The notes: generated by a model from the letters alone, not told the origin. DNA of 32,000 nt from Vibrio vulnificus CMCP6 (GCF_000039765.1 NC_004459.3:2571127-2603126), one strand, 5' to 3'; numbered from the stretch's first letter, positions 7,603-15,395 are shown. Numbers and translations: made by a program.

Positions 7603-8133
7603 ATGGCATTTAAAATTGTACTTACAAAAGCAGCGAATGGTTATTCAATCGAAAAAGACCTGAAAATTGGGTTTTCAATTAAGCACCTTTTTTTCGGAGG
7701 TACAGTTTCGTTGTTTCGAATGGATATATATGGGGCGCTGAGTTATTTGATTTACGGAATTATCATCACTTGGCTAGGTGTCGGCATTTTTGGTTTGTCA
7801 GATCATTTATTGGACATGAGGGTTGGTGCTGCAATAGGGGCTTCATCTGTAGAAGTTATAATGGACTTCGTAAATGCACCTCTAATGGCTTTATTATTAG
7901 CAAACATTGAATATCAGGACTTATCTGTAGGTGACAGTTATTTACATTTGTCAATCTATGGCGCTGTAGTGCTGATAAGTTGGGTTTACTTAGCTAATAA
8001 GGTTAACTTATGGAGATTCAAGTCCTATCTACGGAAAGGTTGGAAGTTTGATTTGGAAGGCTGTGAAGATTTGTTTGTAAAGAAGCAAGTTGCAACAATA
8101 CTAATCAAAAATAATATTCATTTAGATAACTAA
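7603..8133 (+). CDS. Multi-pass membrane protein, unknown function
   Basis: 176 aa with about 4 hydrophobic helices (e.g. YGALSYLIYGIIITWLGVGIFGL and LSIYGAVVLISWVYLA). A 134-nt leader follows attC 11. Confidence 0.6.
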   Translation: MAFKIVLTKAANGYSIEKDLKIGFSIKHLFFGGTVSLFRMDIYGALSYLIYGIIITWLGVGIFGLSDHLLDMRVGAAIGASSVEVIMDFVNAPLMALLLANIEYQDLSVGDSYLHLSIYGAVVLISWVYLANKVNLWRFKSYLRKGWKFDLEGCEDLFVKKQVATILIKNNIHLDN

Positions 8134-8169
8134 AGTTCGATCAATATGTCAATTGAGTAACAGCATAGC

Positions 8170-8293
8170 ATAACAAAGCGTTTAAGACAGATTCCCAACG
8201 CATGGCATTTTTCATTCCATCGTTGGGTTTTGTGTTTAAGGTGGTATGGTTAAGTTTCGTGGTGGCGTTGCTCACTACTTAACGCGGCGTTAT
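8170..8293 (+). repeat. attC site 12
   Basis: ATAACAAAGCGTTTAAGACAGATTCCCAACGCATGGCA ... GGCGTTGCTCACTACTTAACGCGGCGTTAT. Confidence 0.85.
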
Positions 8294-8646
8294 GCTTAAT
8301 CAAATAAAATCAGTGGTTTATGGTTTTCTTTGTTCCCTCAGCTTTTCAGTTTTGTGTTTGTCGGCAAGTCGGCTTTTTTGAGCGCTTTTTTTCGGACTCT
8401 TATTCTTTGGCGCTAGAAATTCAGAGAATTGCCTCAATCAATTCTTGAGCAACTACGCGGTTAGGGCGGTTGGCTCAATCAGAAATCCATTTTTGGTTTT
8501 TAAACTCCAAGCCAGTTTTGCCAAAATCCGAAGTCTGATTATCAAAACTATGATTCATTTCGGCTTTCTAATCTTTGTCTTTTGTTTGCGAATCAAAGTC
8601 GAGTTAATCTTGGTCCTGGTCAAACGTAAGTCATTGAAGCTTAAGC
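8294..8646 (+). other. Gene-less integron cassette, family member 4
   Basis: Close paralogue of 309-656 and 14847-15193. The 89-aa track ORF (8445-8714) is not conserved in the paralogues and runs into the attC. Confidence 0.8.
8582..8610 (+). promoter_or_regulatory. Candidate promoter TTGTTT-17-TAATCT in gene-less cassette
   Basis: Same hexamers and spacing as at 592-620. Confidence 0.3.
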
Positions 8647-8769
8647 ATAACAAAGCGTTTAAGTGGGATTCATGCCGCGTGGCATTTTTGGTATGCAGTG
8701 AGTTTTGGTGGTGAAAGTGGTCTGCGGGAAGTTGGTTTATGCGGCATTCACCCCTTAACGCGGCGTTAG
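8647..8769 (+). repeat. attC site 13
   Basis: ATAACAAAGCGTTTAAGTGGGATTCATGCCGCGTGGCA ... GCGGCATTCACCCCTTAACGCGGCGTTAG. Confidence 0.9.
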
Positions 8770-8791
8770 TTTGCTAAAGGCTAGCGATTAA

Positions 8792-9289
8792 CTAGCCTAA
8801 GCTTGCTCTCACATCAGCAATGGTGATGAAGAGTTTATTTTCAGCGTCTTCAAATGCTTGAAAACCATAGCGTTCATAGAAGTGTTTCGCACCGTCTTTG
8901 GCATCAACGATGACAACTGGAAATGCAACGCTATCACTTGCAGCTAATAGCTTTCTGAGTGCGTCAATAAGCAGCCACTCACCAAAGCCTTTCCCTTTGT
9001 ATCGGTCATCGACAGCAAGGCGGGCAATCAGACCACCAGAGGTGGATGATTGGTGTTTTTTTTGTAACTTATCGGGCAATGCCTTTAAGTCAATTGGTGT
9101 CATTGTTAGCGTGTAAAAGCCGATGACATGTGAGTTGTCGTTATCATCTTCCAAAACAAACGTTCTGGTGTTGTCTTTTTTTGCTTGCTGACTCGCCATT
9201 ACTTTTAAGTAATTATTGAGAGCTTCGATACCACAGTTGAATCGGTTTCTATCGTGTTTAGCTTTATCTAGAAGTACCGTATTCATCAT
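8792..9289 (-). CDS. GNAT-family acetyltransferase toxin (TacT/KacT-like) of a type II TA pair
   Basis: 165 aa with a GNAT core (RLAVDDRYKGKGFGEWLLIDAL...FYERYGF). It overlaps the upstream DUF1778-type antitoxin gene by 4 nt. Orientation is reversed relative to the array. Confidence 0.8.
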   Translation of the reverse strand: MMNTVLLDKAKHDRNRFNCGIEALNNYLKVMASQQAKKDNTRTFVLEDDNDNSHVIGFYTLTMTPIDLKALPDKLQKKHQSSTSGGLIARLAVDDRYKGKGFGEWLLIDALRKLLAASDSVAFPVVIVDAKDGAKHFYERYGFQAFEDAENKLFITIADVRASLG

Positions 9290-9558
9290 TGAATTTTGCT
9301 CTCGTATCGATCAGCAGCAGCTTTTAGTTTTGAGCTCTGTGTTGCAGGGCGGTCTAAAGCTTCCATGAGCAACATCGCATCTGCTTGGCTCAGTTTTAAA
9401 GCCTGTTCACGTTCGATGACTTGTTTAGCTTTTTCGATTGCAGCGCTTAGAACAAACGAGTTGATGCTAGACATGCCGGCGATCGCGGCAGCCTTAGTAA
9501 GTAAGTCTTGTGTATCGACATCAACTCTAGCGGTGATGCGAGGCAAAGTAGTAGCCAT
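9286..9558 (-). CDS. RHH / DUF1778-type antitoxin (TacA/KacA-like)
   Basis: 90 aa. The sequence RITARVDVDTQDLLTKAAAIAGMSSINSFVLSAAIEKAKQVIE is typical of the DUF1778 ribbon-helix-helix family. Confidence 0.8.
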   Translation of the reverse strand: MATTLPRITARVDVDTQDLLTKAAAIAGMSSINSFVLSAAIEKAKQVIEREQALKLSQADAMLLMEALDRPATQSSKLKAAADRYESKIQ

Positions 9559-9595
9559 AATGTTATCTCCTGTTGTGTCAAAATGTCACACATGT

Positions 9596-9624
9596 ATTAT
9601 GGTCTTAAAGTGTGCAATAAGCAA
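9596..9624 (-). promoter_or_regulatory. Candidate TA-operon promoter (TTGCTT-17-CATAAT on minus strand)
   Basis: -35 at 9624-9619 and -10 at 9601-9596, about 38 nt upstream of the antitoxin ATG. Hexamer match only. Confidence 0.4.
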
Positions 9625-9649
9625 TCTCTGTGTCACTTTGGCACGCAAA

Positions 9650-9773
9650 CTAACAAAGCGTTCAAGACGGATTCCCAACGCTTGGCATTTTTGGTTTGCT
9701 TCAGTTTTAGTGTTTACGGCACAATACTTTAGGTACAGTGGTCTGCGTTGCTCACCACTTAACGCGGCGTTAT
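9650..9773 (+). repeat. attC site 14
   Basis: CTAACAAAGCGTTCAAGACGGATTCCCAACGCTTGGCA ... GCGTTGCTCACCACTTAACGCGGCGTTAT. Confidence 0.85.
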
Positions 9774-10193
9774 GCGACAGGGAAAAGTTTTTAGGTTTCT
9801 TCACTTTCGTTGTCTCTGGCTATTCGTTTTTCGCTCTCGGCAAATCAGCATCGTCGGCTCAAATTCTTGAATCACTGAAACCGTAAAGCATGCCAAAATT
9901 CGGGAAGTTGCCTCATTAAAAATCGCATTTGGCTGTGGAAAACTATCAGGCGCAAAGTGTGGAAAGGGCAAGTTTATGGAAAGTCGGTATTCGCTGAAAT
10001 TTCGGCTCGTTGAATTTCTCATGAGTAAAAGCCACACCTTCGCTTTAAGGTCGCGTTCCGTGCTTGTGGCGGCCTTTTTAGAAAATGTTGAGTCCCTTGG
10101 TTCTTGAATCACAAAAAGTTATCTGCGCGTTTGTAGTTTTTCGTGTTTAAGGTAATGTTTTCGTCGGCCAATTTGGCGTTTGCGTACAAATCG
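9774..10193 (+). other. Gene-less integron cassette, family member 5 (divergent, IS30 inserted at its 3' end)
   Basis: Retains CTCGGCAAATCAGCATCG and GGGAAGTTGCCTCATT at the family offset. The only ORF is a minus-strand 103-aa ORF that is not conserved in the other members. Confidence 0.55.
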
Positions 10194-11285
10194 CTTAGTA
10201 TCAAGTTTGAAGTGCGACACTTTTTACAGATGCGCATGAATATACTCCGTTGGTGTCCTATACCCAAGTCTTTTGCGTGGGCGCGTATTTAATTTGTGTG
10301 CAATTTCATTGCAGAGCTTCTGTGTTACGTGTGACATAGAAGTTCGTTTTGGTAAGTATTGTCGTATCAAACCATTGGTGTTTTCATTAGTCCCTCGCTC
10401 CCATGAATGGTATGGATTTGCAAAGTAAAACAGACAGTTATGATGTTTTTCCAGTTGTGCATAACCATGAAATTCAGTGCCGTTATCCGCAGTTATCGTC
10501 TTAAAAGGTAAGTCAGAGCGGGTCATGATTTTGCTCATTCTTACGTTGAGCGACTCGCTTGTTCTATCGTCCATTTGCCCTATAAAAGTGTAGCCAGTCA
10601 TTCTGTCGACTAAAGTTACGATACAGTGCTTTGGTCCGCGGGCCAACGACGGTATCAATTTCCCAATGGCCAGGCTCATTTCGATGCTCAGCTTTTGCAG
10701 GTCTTTCGGTAATATGACGCTTTGCTGCCAGCCGACCTCGGCTGTCTTTTGAGTTATATCTTTTGCGCCTTTTCTTGGTCGATTGGCGTAGATGTTTCCA
10801 TAGTGTTCCACCGAGAGTTTTGTCGTTCCAAATATGCTGATAAATGAGCTCGTGGCTCATTGTTGGATAGCCTCTTACCCTTAGGTATCCGACGATTTGG
10901 TCAGGGCTCCAATCCAGTCGTAGCAAGGCTTCAGGTAACCTGAAGTCGATTTCGCTATAGCGCTTGTTTCTGCGCGAGCGGCTTAGCCGGTTGCGAGCCA
11001 TCTGTTGGGCTCTCCATGCTTGATAGGAGAACCTTCTAAAGTGTCTGTTGTATCGGGAATTACGTTCAATTTCTCGATAGATAGTAGCTTTGTGACGACC
11101 TAGTTGTTTAGCTATTTTAGCGGTACTAATTCCTTGCTTTCTGAGCGCAGAAATCATATACCTTTCGTTCTCAGTGAGGTGCGTGTATCTCATGTTTTTT
11201 ACTTCTTGGCGGGAGCAAACTTCATGATTATCGCATCTCACTGTTTTTATGTTCAGAGGTGTCGCACTTCGTACTTGAATCCAAG
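10194..11285 (-). mobile_element. IS30-family insertion sequence, copy 2 (1092 bp, transposase frameshifted)
   Basis: Same IRs as copy 1 and 1 nt longer. The flanks (TCG / TAA) show no direct repeat. Confidence 0.9.
10224..11193 (-). pseudogene. IS30-family transposase, frameshifted
   Basis: Copy 1 reads CTTGGTTCCGCGGCCAAC where copy 2 reads CTTTGGTCCGCGGGCCAAC (~10628-10646). This +1 nt change splits the gene into track ORFs 10224-10811 and 10564-11241. Confidence 0.85.
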
Positions 11286-11289
11286 TAAG

Positions 11290-11411
11290 CTAACAAAGCG
11301 TTTAAGAGGGATTCATGCCGCGTGGCATTTTTGGTATGCGGTTGGTTTTGGTGGTGAAAGTGGTCTGCGGAAGCTTGGTTTATGCGGCATTCACCCTTAA
11401 CGCGGCGTTAT
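11290..11411 (+). repeat. attC site 15
   Basis: CTAACAAAGCGTTTAAGAGGGATTCATGCCGCGTGGCA ... GCGGCATTCACCCTTAACGCGGCGTTAT. Begins 4 nt after the IS30 end. Confidence 0.9.
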
Positions 11412-11865
11412 GAGGCATATGGATATTCAACTAATACAAGTAGAAAGTGATGAGTTCGAAAGTCTGTTTACTGTTGTTAAACAAGGACTTTATTCGCATG
11501 TTGATGCCGTCTTTGGGTGGTGTGATGAGTTTCAGGTCAATCGTTTAAAAAATGATTATGAGCCGCTTTGGTTTCACTGGGTTTACCTCAATAACACGCA
11601 AGTTGGCATGCTATGCTTCAAGCCTTACGACAATGCACTTCATGTACATTTACTCATTGTGTTTCCTGAATTTCAAAATCAGAAACTGGGTGAAAGGGTC
11701 ATGAACATGATTCACGAAATGGCGCGTGAGCAAGGGCGTAGTTACGTAACCTTATCAAGTTTTACTAGAAACGAGCCTGCGGTAAGGTTTTACAAATCCC
11801 TTGGCTATCAGGTGACTGAAAGCGATGAAAACTTCCTTTCTTTGTCGCTTCAAGTTGCCTCATAA
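11410..11865 (+). CDS. GNAT-family N-acetyltransferase
   Basis: 151 aa. Acetyl-CoA-binding-type region VFPEFQNQKLGERVMNMIHEMAREQG...VRFYKSLGYQV. The start is ATG 11410 or ATG 11419. Confidence 0.8.
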   Translation: MRHMDIQLIQVESDEFESLFTVVKQGLYSHVDAVFGWCDEFQVNRLKNDYEPLWFHWVYLNNTQVGMLCFKPYDNALHVHLLIVFPEFQNQKLGERVMNMIHEMAREQGRSYVTLSSFTRNEPAVRFYKSLGYQVTESDENFLSLSLQVAS

Positions 11866-11984
11866 CAAACAATTCAAGAGCGATTCGCAACGCATGGCAT
11901 TTTTAGTTCAAATCAACTTTAGTGTTTACGGTGCAATCGGTTAAGTTAAGTGGTGGCGTTGCTCACGCCTTAATTGGGCGTTAG
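11862..11984 (+). repeat. attC site 16
   Basis: ATAACAAACAATTCAAGAGCGATTCGCAACGCATGGCA ... GGCGTTGCTCACGCCTTAATTGGGCGTTAG. Confidence 0.85.
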
Positions 11985-12010
11985 GTTTCAGAGTTTATCG
12001 AGAGCAAAGT

Positions 12011-12508
12011 ATGGAAATAGTCTTTGTTTATAGAACATATTCAATATTTGGCGGCAACGCCACTTTAGATGTCGCAGGAAAGTGGCTGAGCAAACAGTTG
12101 AAAGAAAATTATGGTGGAAACATCACCTCAATTATCTTTGAATTTTGCGCCAAGAATGTATCTCCTCCTAGAAAAACACTAGAGAATAATAATGTTAAGT
12201 TTGAAGAGTTTCTCCTTCAGCTCCCTATTGCTGAAGTTCAGAAAAAAGGAACAGAGCTTCGAATTTGCTCAAGGTTAGTTAAACATTATCACGATGATAT
12301 TGAACGTGATTCTCAGGTGTTATCGCTAAAGGTATTTCAAACAACGCTGAGTAAGAGCGCCACTTTAATAGAGTCATTAGAGGCGCTGAACAACAACCTG
12401 AAAGCGTTAGATACAAAAGCTTTATCTAGGGATATACGAAACGCAATAGAAAACGCGCCTCAGACGCTACGTGAGTTGGCAATGTTATACCTTGAACAAC
12501 AAACCTAA
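12011..12508 (+). CDS. Hypothetical 165-aa cytoplasmic protein
   Basis: Clean ORF filling the cassette, with its stop codon in attC R''. No motif recognised. Confidence 0.6.
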   Translation: MEIVFVYRTYSIFGGNATLDVAGKWLSKQLKENYGGNITSIIFEFCAKNVSPPRKTLENNNVKFEEFLLQLPIAEVQKKGTELRICSRLVKHYHDDIERDSQVLSLKVFQTTLSKSATLIESLEALNNNLKALDTKALSRDIRNAIENAPQTLRELAMLYLEQQT

Positions 12509-12627
12509 CAAAGCGTTTAAGTGGGATTTGGCACGCGTGGCATTTTGAGGTTGCGTTGGGTTCAGTGATTACGGCGCTATGCGGTAGCTTTTGTATTGCG
12601 TGCCTGCACCCCTTAACGCGGCGTTAG
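12505..12627 (+). repeat. attC site 17
   Basis: CTAACAAAGCGTTTAAGTGGGATTTGGCACGCGTGGCA ... GCGTGCCTGCACCCCTTAACGCGGCGTTAG. Confidence 0.85.
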
Positions 12628-12662
12628 CAGTCAACATCAATTACAGTGAATAACGAAAAAGT

Positions 12663-13451
12663 ATGACAAGTTTTAAAATTGAGAGGCCAGACTTCCCTTT
12701 GTGGGCTCCTAAATCTGTTATCGCTGAATGGGAAGAGCAAGCGGAAGAGGTCGCGTATTGGCAAAGAAAGTTTCCAACTTTAGAGCCTGATACTGATGAA
12801 GCCGATATGTTGGCGCGATTATTAACCTATGAAGACATGAAGTCGGTTTGGGAACGACTACCAAAATATAAAATTAAGCCGACTCTCTTTGTCTCCATGG
12901 TTCAGTGTTCTCAGTCTTTTATCGGTATTAAGCCTTACAATCTAACTCCCAAAGAGCATGCAATATGGCTTCAAGATGTAAAAGACACAGCTCTGAAATT
13001 GAAGTCTTTAATTCAATTTAGTCCCTACGACCGAATCCTAGAAGAAAAGTACCTCAAGAAACGACAAAAATATGTAATGGCAAATATAGTTGAGCACTCT
13101 CTACAAATACTCAAACCTGAGGTCAATGTTGAAGAGCACGAAAAAACAAGACCAGCTTATGAATCCTGGCCTGACTTTTTGCCACAGCCTTTAAGCGAAG
13201 TGCTGTCTGAGCTAGCGTCATTGGAGTCTGAGGATGAAATTAATGTTGTTGGTTCAAAGCGTAGGAAATCTGTCAGATTAGATAAGCCGAGTCATCCTAA
13301 TGCCAAACGTAGTTATTTCATTAGAAATTTAACTCAAGAGCTACGAGATTTTACAGGGCAACCTTTGCGTGACATTGTGACAGTCACTACGGCCACAGTA
13401 TTTGATACGCCATCTTTGACAGAAAGGCAGATCATTCGTATTGCCCCCTGA
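12663..13451 (+). CDS. Hypothetical 262-aa protein, acidic, no TM
   Basis: Largest orphan ORF in the array. No motif recognised. Confidence 0.65.
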   Translation: MTSFKIERPDFPLWAPKSVIAEWEEQAEEVAYWQRKFPTLEPDTDEADMLARLLTYEDMKSVWERLPKYKIKPTLFVSMVQCSQSFIGIKPYNLTPKEHAIWLQDVKDTALKLKSLIQFSPYDRILEEKYLKKRQKYVMANIVEHSLQILKPEVNVEEHEKTRPAYESWPDFLPQPLSEVLSELASLESEDEINVVGSKRRKSVRLDKPSHPNAKRSYFIRNLTQELRDFTGQPLRDIVTVTTATVFDTPSLTERQIIRIAP

Positions 13452-13542
13452 CACAATATCGCCAAAATCTGGATTTAGTGTCATGTCAGGTTGGATAAGC
13501 AATTAAGTATCTTAGCAATGTAACCAGTGTTAGGAGAAAAAT

Positions 13543-13644
13543 ATGCGTTTTGAAGTTAAAGTTAGTCTTTGTATAAGCCCACAGTTTCTATCTAGCTTAG
13601 TTCAAGCTATAAAAATGTTGGCTATTGTCGGGTGCTTGATTTAA
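13543..13644 (+). CDS. Candidate 33-aa small hydrophobic peptide
   Basis: ATG preceded by a strong RBS (TAGGAGAAAAAT). Sequence MRFEVKVSLCISPQFLSSLVQAIKMLAIVGCLI. It lies in the otherwise unexplained 214-nt gap between the 262-aa ORF and the attC. Confidence 0.3.
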   Translation: MRFEVKVSLCISPQFLSSLVQAIKMLAIVGCLI

Positions 13645-13665
13645 TAAAGTCGTGTAAGTTGAATG

Positions 13666-13758
13666 CTAACAAAGCATTTAAGAGTGATTCGCAACGCTTG
13701 GCAGTTTCGCTTCGCTCAAGTATAGCCAAGCGCCGCTCACACCTTAATGCGGCGTTAT
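13666..13758 (+). repeat. attC site 18 (short 93-bp variant)
   Basis: CTAACAAAGCATTTAAGAGTGATTCGCAACGCTTGGCAGTTTCGCTTCGCTCAAGTATAGCCAAGCGCCGCTCACACCTTAATGCGGCGTTAT. The central variable region is about 30 nt shorter than in the others. Confidence 0.8.
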
Positions 13759-13775
13759 AAAACAAGAGGGCAAAC

Positions 13776-14105
13776 ATGGAAAAATCTGAATATGGTAAGT
13801 GGATTCATACTGCTTTTACTGGCGCAAGTTTTGCCTACTTTCTAGCAGTCATTGATAAGGTTGACCTGATTGTTTCAAGCTACTCGTTAGCCTTTTCTAC
13901 GTTGTCATTTGCCTTAGCATTAGCTTTAAACGCTATTTTTGCAATGGTTTACTATGGTTTCGACGGAGAACTAGATGTTACTGAAAAACTCTCTAAATAT
14001 TGGTTGCTACGACGTTTCAACAGTTTGTCCCAGTGGTCGTTTATCTTTGCTGTGATTGGGTTGGTATATTTTGTCATTGAGCCAGTGGTGAGAATTGTTT
14101 TATAA
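13776..14105 (+). CDS. Small membrane protein (3-4 TM), unknown function
   Basis: 109 aa with hydrophobic helices throughout. The stop codon lies in attC R''. Confidence 0.6.
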   Translation: MEKSEYGKWIHTAFTGASFAYFLAVIDKVDLIVSSYSLAFSTLSFALALALNAIFAMVYYGFDGELDVTEKLSKYWLLRRFNSLSQWSFIFAVIGLVYFVIEPVVRIVL

Positions 14106-14223
14106 CAAACTGTTTAAGAGTGATTCGCAACGCGTGGCATTTTTACTATGCGTTGGTTTTAGTGTTTAAGGTGGTATGCGGCGGCTTCGGTATTGCGTTG
14201 CTCACACCTTAACAGGGCGTTAG
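14102..14223 (+). repeat. attC site 19
   Basis: ATAACAAACTGTTTAAGAGTGATTCGCAACGCGTGGCA ... GCGTTGCTCACACCTTAACAGGGCGTTAG. Confidence 0.85.
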
Positions 14224-14247
14224 GCGCTATTCACTTTAGGATTAGGG

Positions 14248-14727
14248 ATGAACGTAGAATTTAAAGTGATCAATTTGGCGCAAGATTATGATTTTTGCGT
14301 AGCTGCTCGAAAGGATGCTTACTATTGCAGTTTCGAGACCTTTTCGGGTTTTGATGATTTCATAGCAGGTTATCGAGAACGAATCCAAGAAAGGCAATCT
14401 GAAGCAGGTTGGTTTTACATCCATATCTGGTTGGATGGAATATTGGTAGGGCAGTTAGAGTTTCGTTCTTTTTCACCCGAGCCAGAGACCGGTTATGTTC
14501 ATTTGGTTTACTTGTTGCCTGAAGTTCGCGGTTCTGGTTTGAGCCAGCAAGTTCAGGCCTACATCGAAACAGAATTAGCACGAGCTGGTTGTGAGCGTGC
14601 TGTGCTTTCCGTGAGTAGAACGAACGCAAGGGCGTTAAGGTTCTATAAGCGTAATGGTTGGGTATATTGTTGCGCTAATCCGAAGCACGATGATACCGAT
14701 TTTTACCAATTACAGCTGCGCGCCTAA
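14248..14727 (+). CDS. GNAT-family N-acetyltransferase
   Basis: 159 aa. Contains YLLPEVRGSGLSQQVQAYIETELARAGCERAVLSVSRTNARALRFYKRNGW. Confidence 0.8.
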   Translation: MNVEFKVINLAQDYDFCVAARKDAYYCSFETFSGFDDFIAGYRERIQERQSEAGWFYIHIWLDGILVGQLEFRSFSPEPETGYVHLVYLLPEVRGSGLSQQVQAYIETELARAGCERAVLSVSRTNARALRFYKRNGWVYCCANPKHDDTDFYQLQLRA

Positions 14728-14846
14728 CAAGGCGTTCAAGAGGGATTCATGCCGCGTGGCATTTTTGGTATGCGGTGAGTTTTGGTGGTGAAAGTGGTCT
14801 GCGGAAAGTTGGTTTAGGCGGCATTCACCCCTTAACGCAGCGTTAT
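14724..14846 (+). repeat. attC site 20
   Basis: CTAACAAGGCGTTCAAGAGGGATTCATGCCGCGTGGCA ... GGCGGCATTCACCCCTTAACGCAGCGTTAT. Confidence 0.9.
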
Positions 14847-15193
14847 GCTTAATCACTTAAAATCAGTGGTTTATGTTTTTCTTTGTTCCCTTAGCTGATT
14901 TGTTTTGTGCTTGTCGGCAAGTTGACTTCATTGGGCGCTGCTTTTCGGACACTTATTCTTTGGCGCTGAAAATGCAGAGAATTGCCTCAATCAGTTTTCA
15001 AGCAAGCGCGAGGTTAGGGTGGCTGGCTCAATCAGCAATTTGATCTTAGCTTTTTGAGTTTTAGCGGCCAAATTTCAAAGTCAGATTTTCAAAAATCATG
15101 AGTCATTTCAGTTTTTAGGTTTTGCCTTTTGTTAACTAATCCTAGCCGAGTTAATCTTGGTTTTGGTAAAAATGTGGGCGTTGAAGCTTAAGC
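14847..15193 (+). other. Gene-less integron cassette, family member 6
   Basis: Near-colinear paralogue of 309-656. No ORF of 60 aa or more. Confidence 0.8.
15129..15157 (+). promoter_or_regulatory. Candidate promoter TTGTTA-17-TAATCT in gene-less cassette
   Basis: Same position and spacing as in members 1 and 4. Confidence 0.3.
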
Positions 15194-15316
15194 ATAACAA
15201 AGCGTTAAAGTGGGATTTGGCACGCGTGGCATTTTTAGTTTGCGTTGAGTTCGGTGGTTACGGCACTATGCGGTAGCTTTTGTATTGCGTGCCTGCACCC
15301 CTTAACGCGGCGTTAT
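15194..15316 (+). repeat. attC site 21
   Basis: ATAACAAAGCGTTAAAGTGGGATTTGGCACGCGTGGCA ... GCGTGCCTGCACCCCTTAACGCGGCGTTAT. Confidence 0.85.
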
Positions 15317-15360
15317 AACACAAAATCAGGCTATTGCTCAAAAAGGCTATTTGAACTATT

Positions 15361-15381
15361 ATTTGTACATTAAATTGTACT
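15361..15381 (+). promoter_or_regulatory. Putative antitoxin operator (TGTACA repeats)
   Basis: TTGTACATTAAATTGTAC lies 15-30 nt upstream of the Phd/YefM ATG. As I recall, TGTACA cores are typical of YefM/Phd-family operators. Confidence 0.4.
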
Positions 15382-15395
15382 GTTAGGAGTTCAAC

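Noticed and set aside
9296-9886. 196-aa + strand ORF antisense to the GNAT/RHH TA pair, and other antisense shadow ORFs (1029-1349, 1698-1892, 2910-3269, 8898-9116, 14242-14424, 14360-14629, 15425-15634, 15714-15917, 16393-16587, 19028-19213, 22243-22494, 24259-24444, 24926-25147, 25892-26149, 27130-27312, 28195-28624, 29489-29763, 30595-31094, 31226-31600, 31735-31989)
   Set aside because: Each overlaps a gene with clear family motifs on the other strand or frame. Each has low-complexity or Ser/Cys/Leu-rich composition typical of shadow frames.
9801-10112. 103-aa minus-strand ORF in the fifth gene-less cassette
   Set aside because: No convincing RBS. The related family members (especially 7000-7346) have no equivalent ORF, and the composition is not protein-like. 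A real gene cannot be fully excluded.
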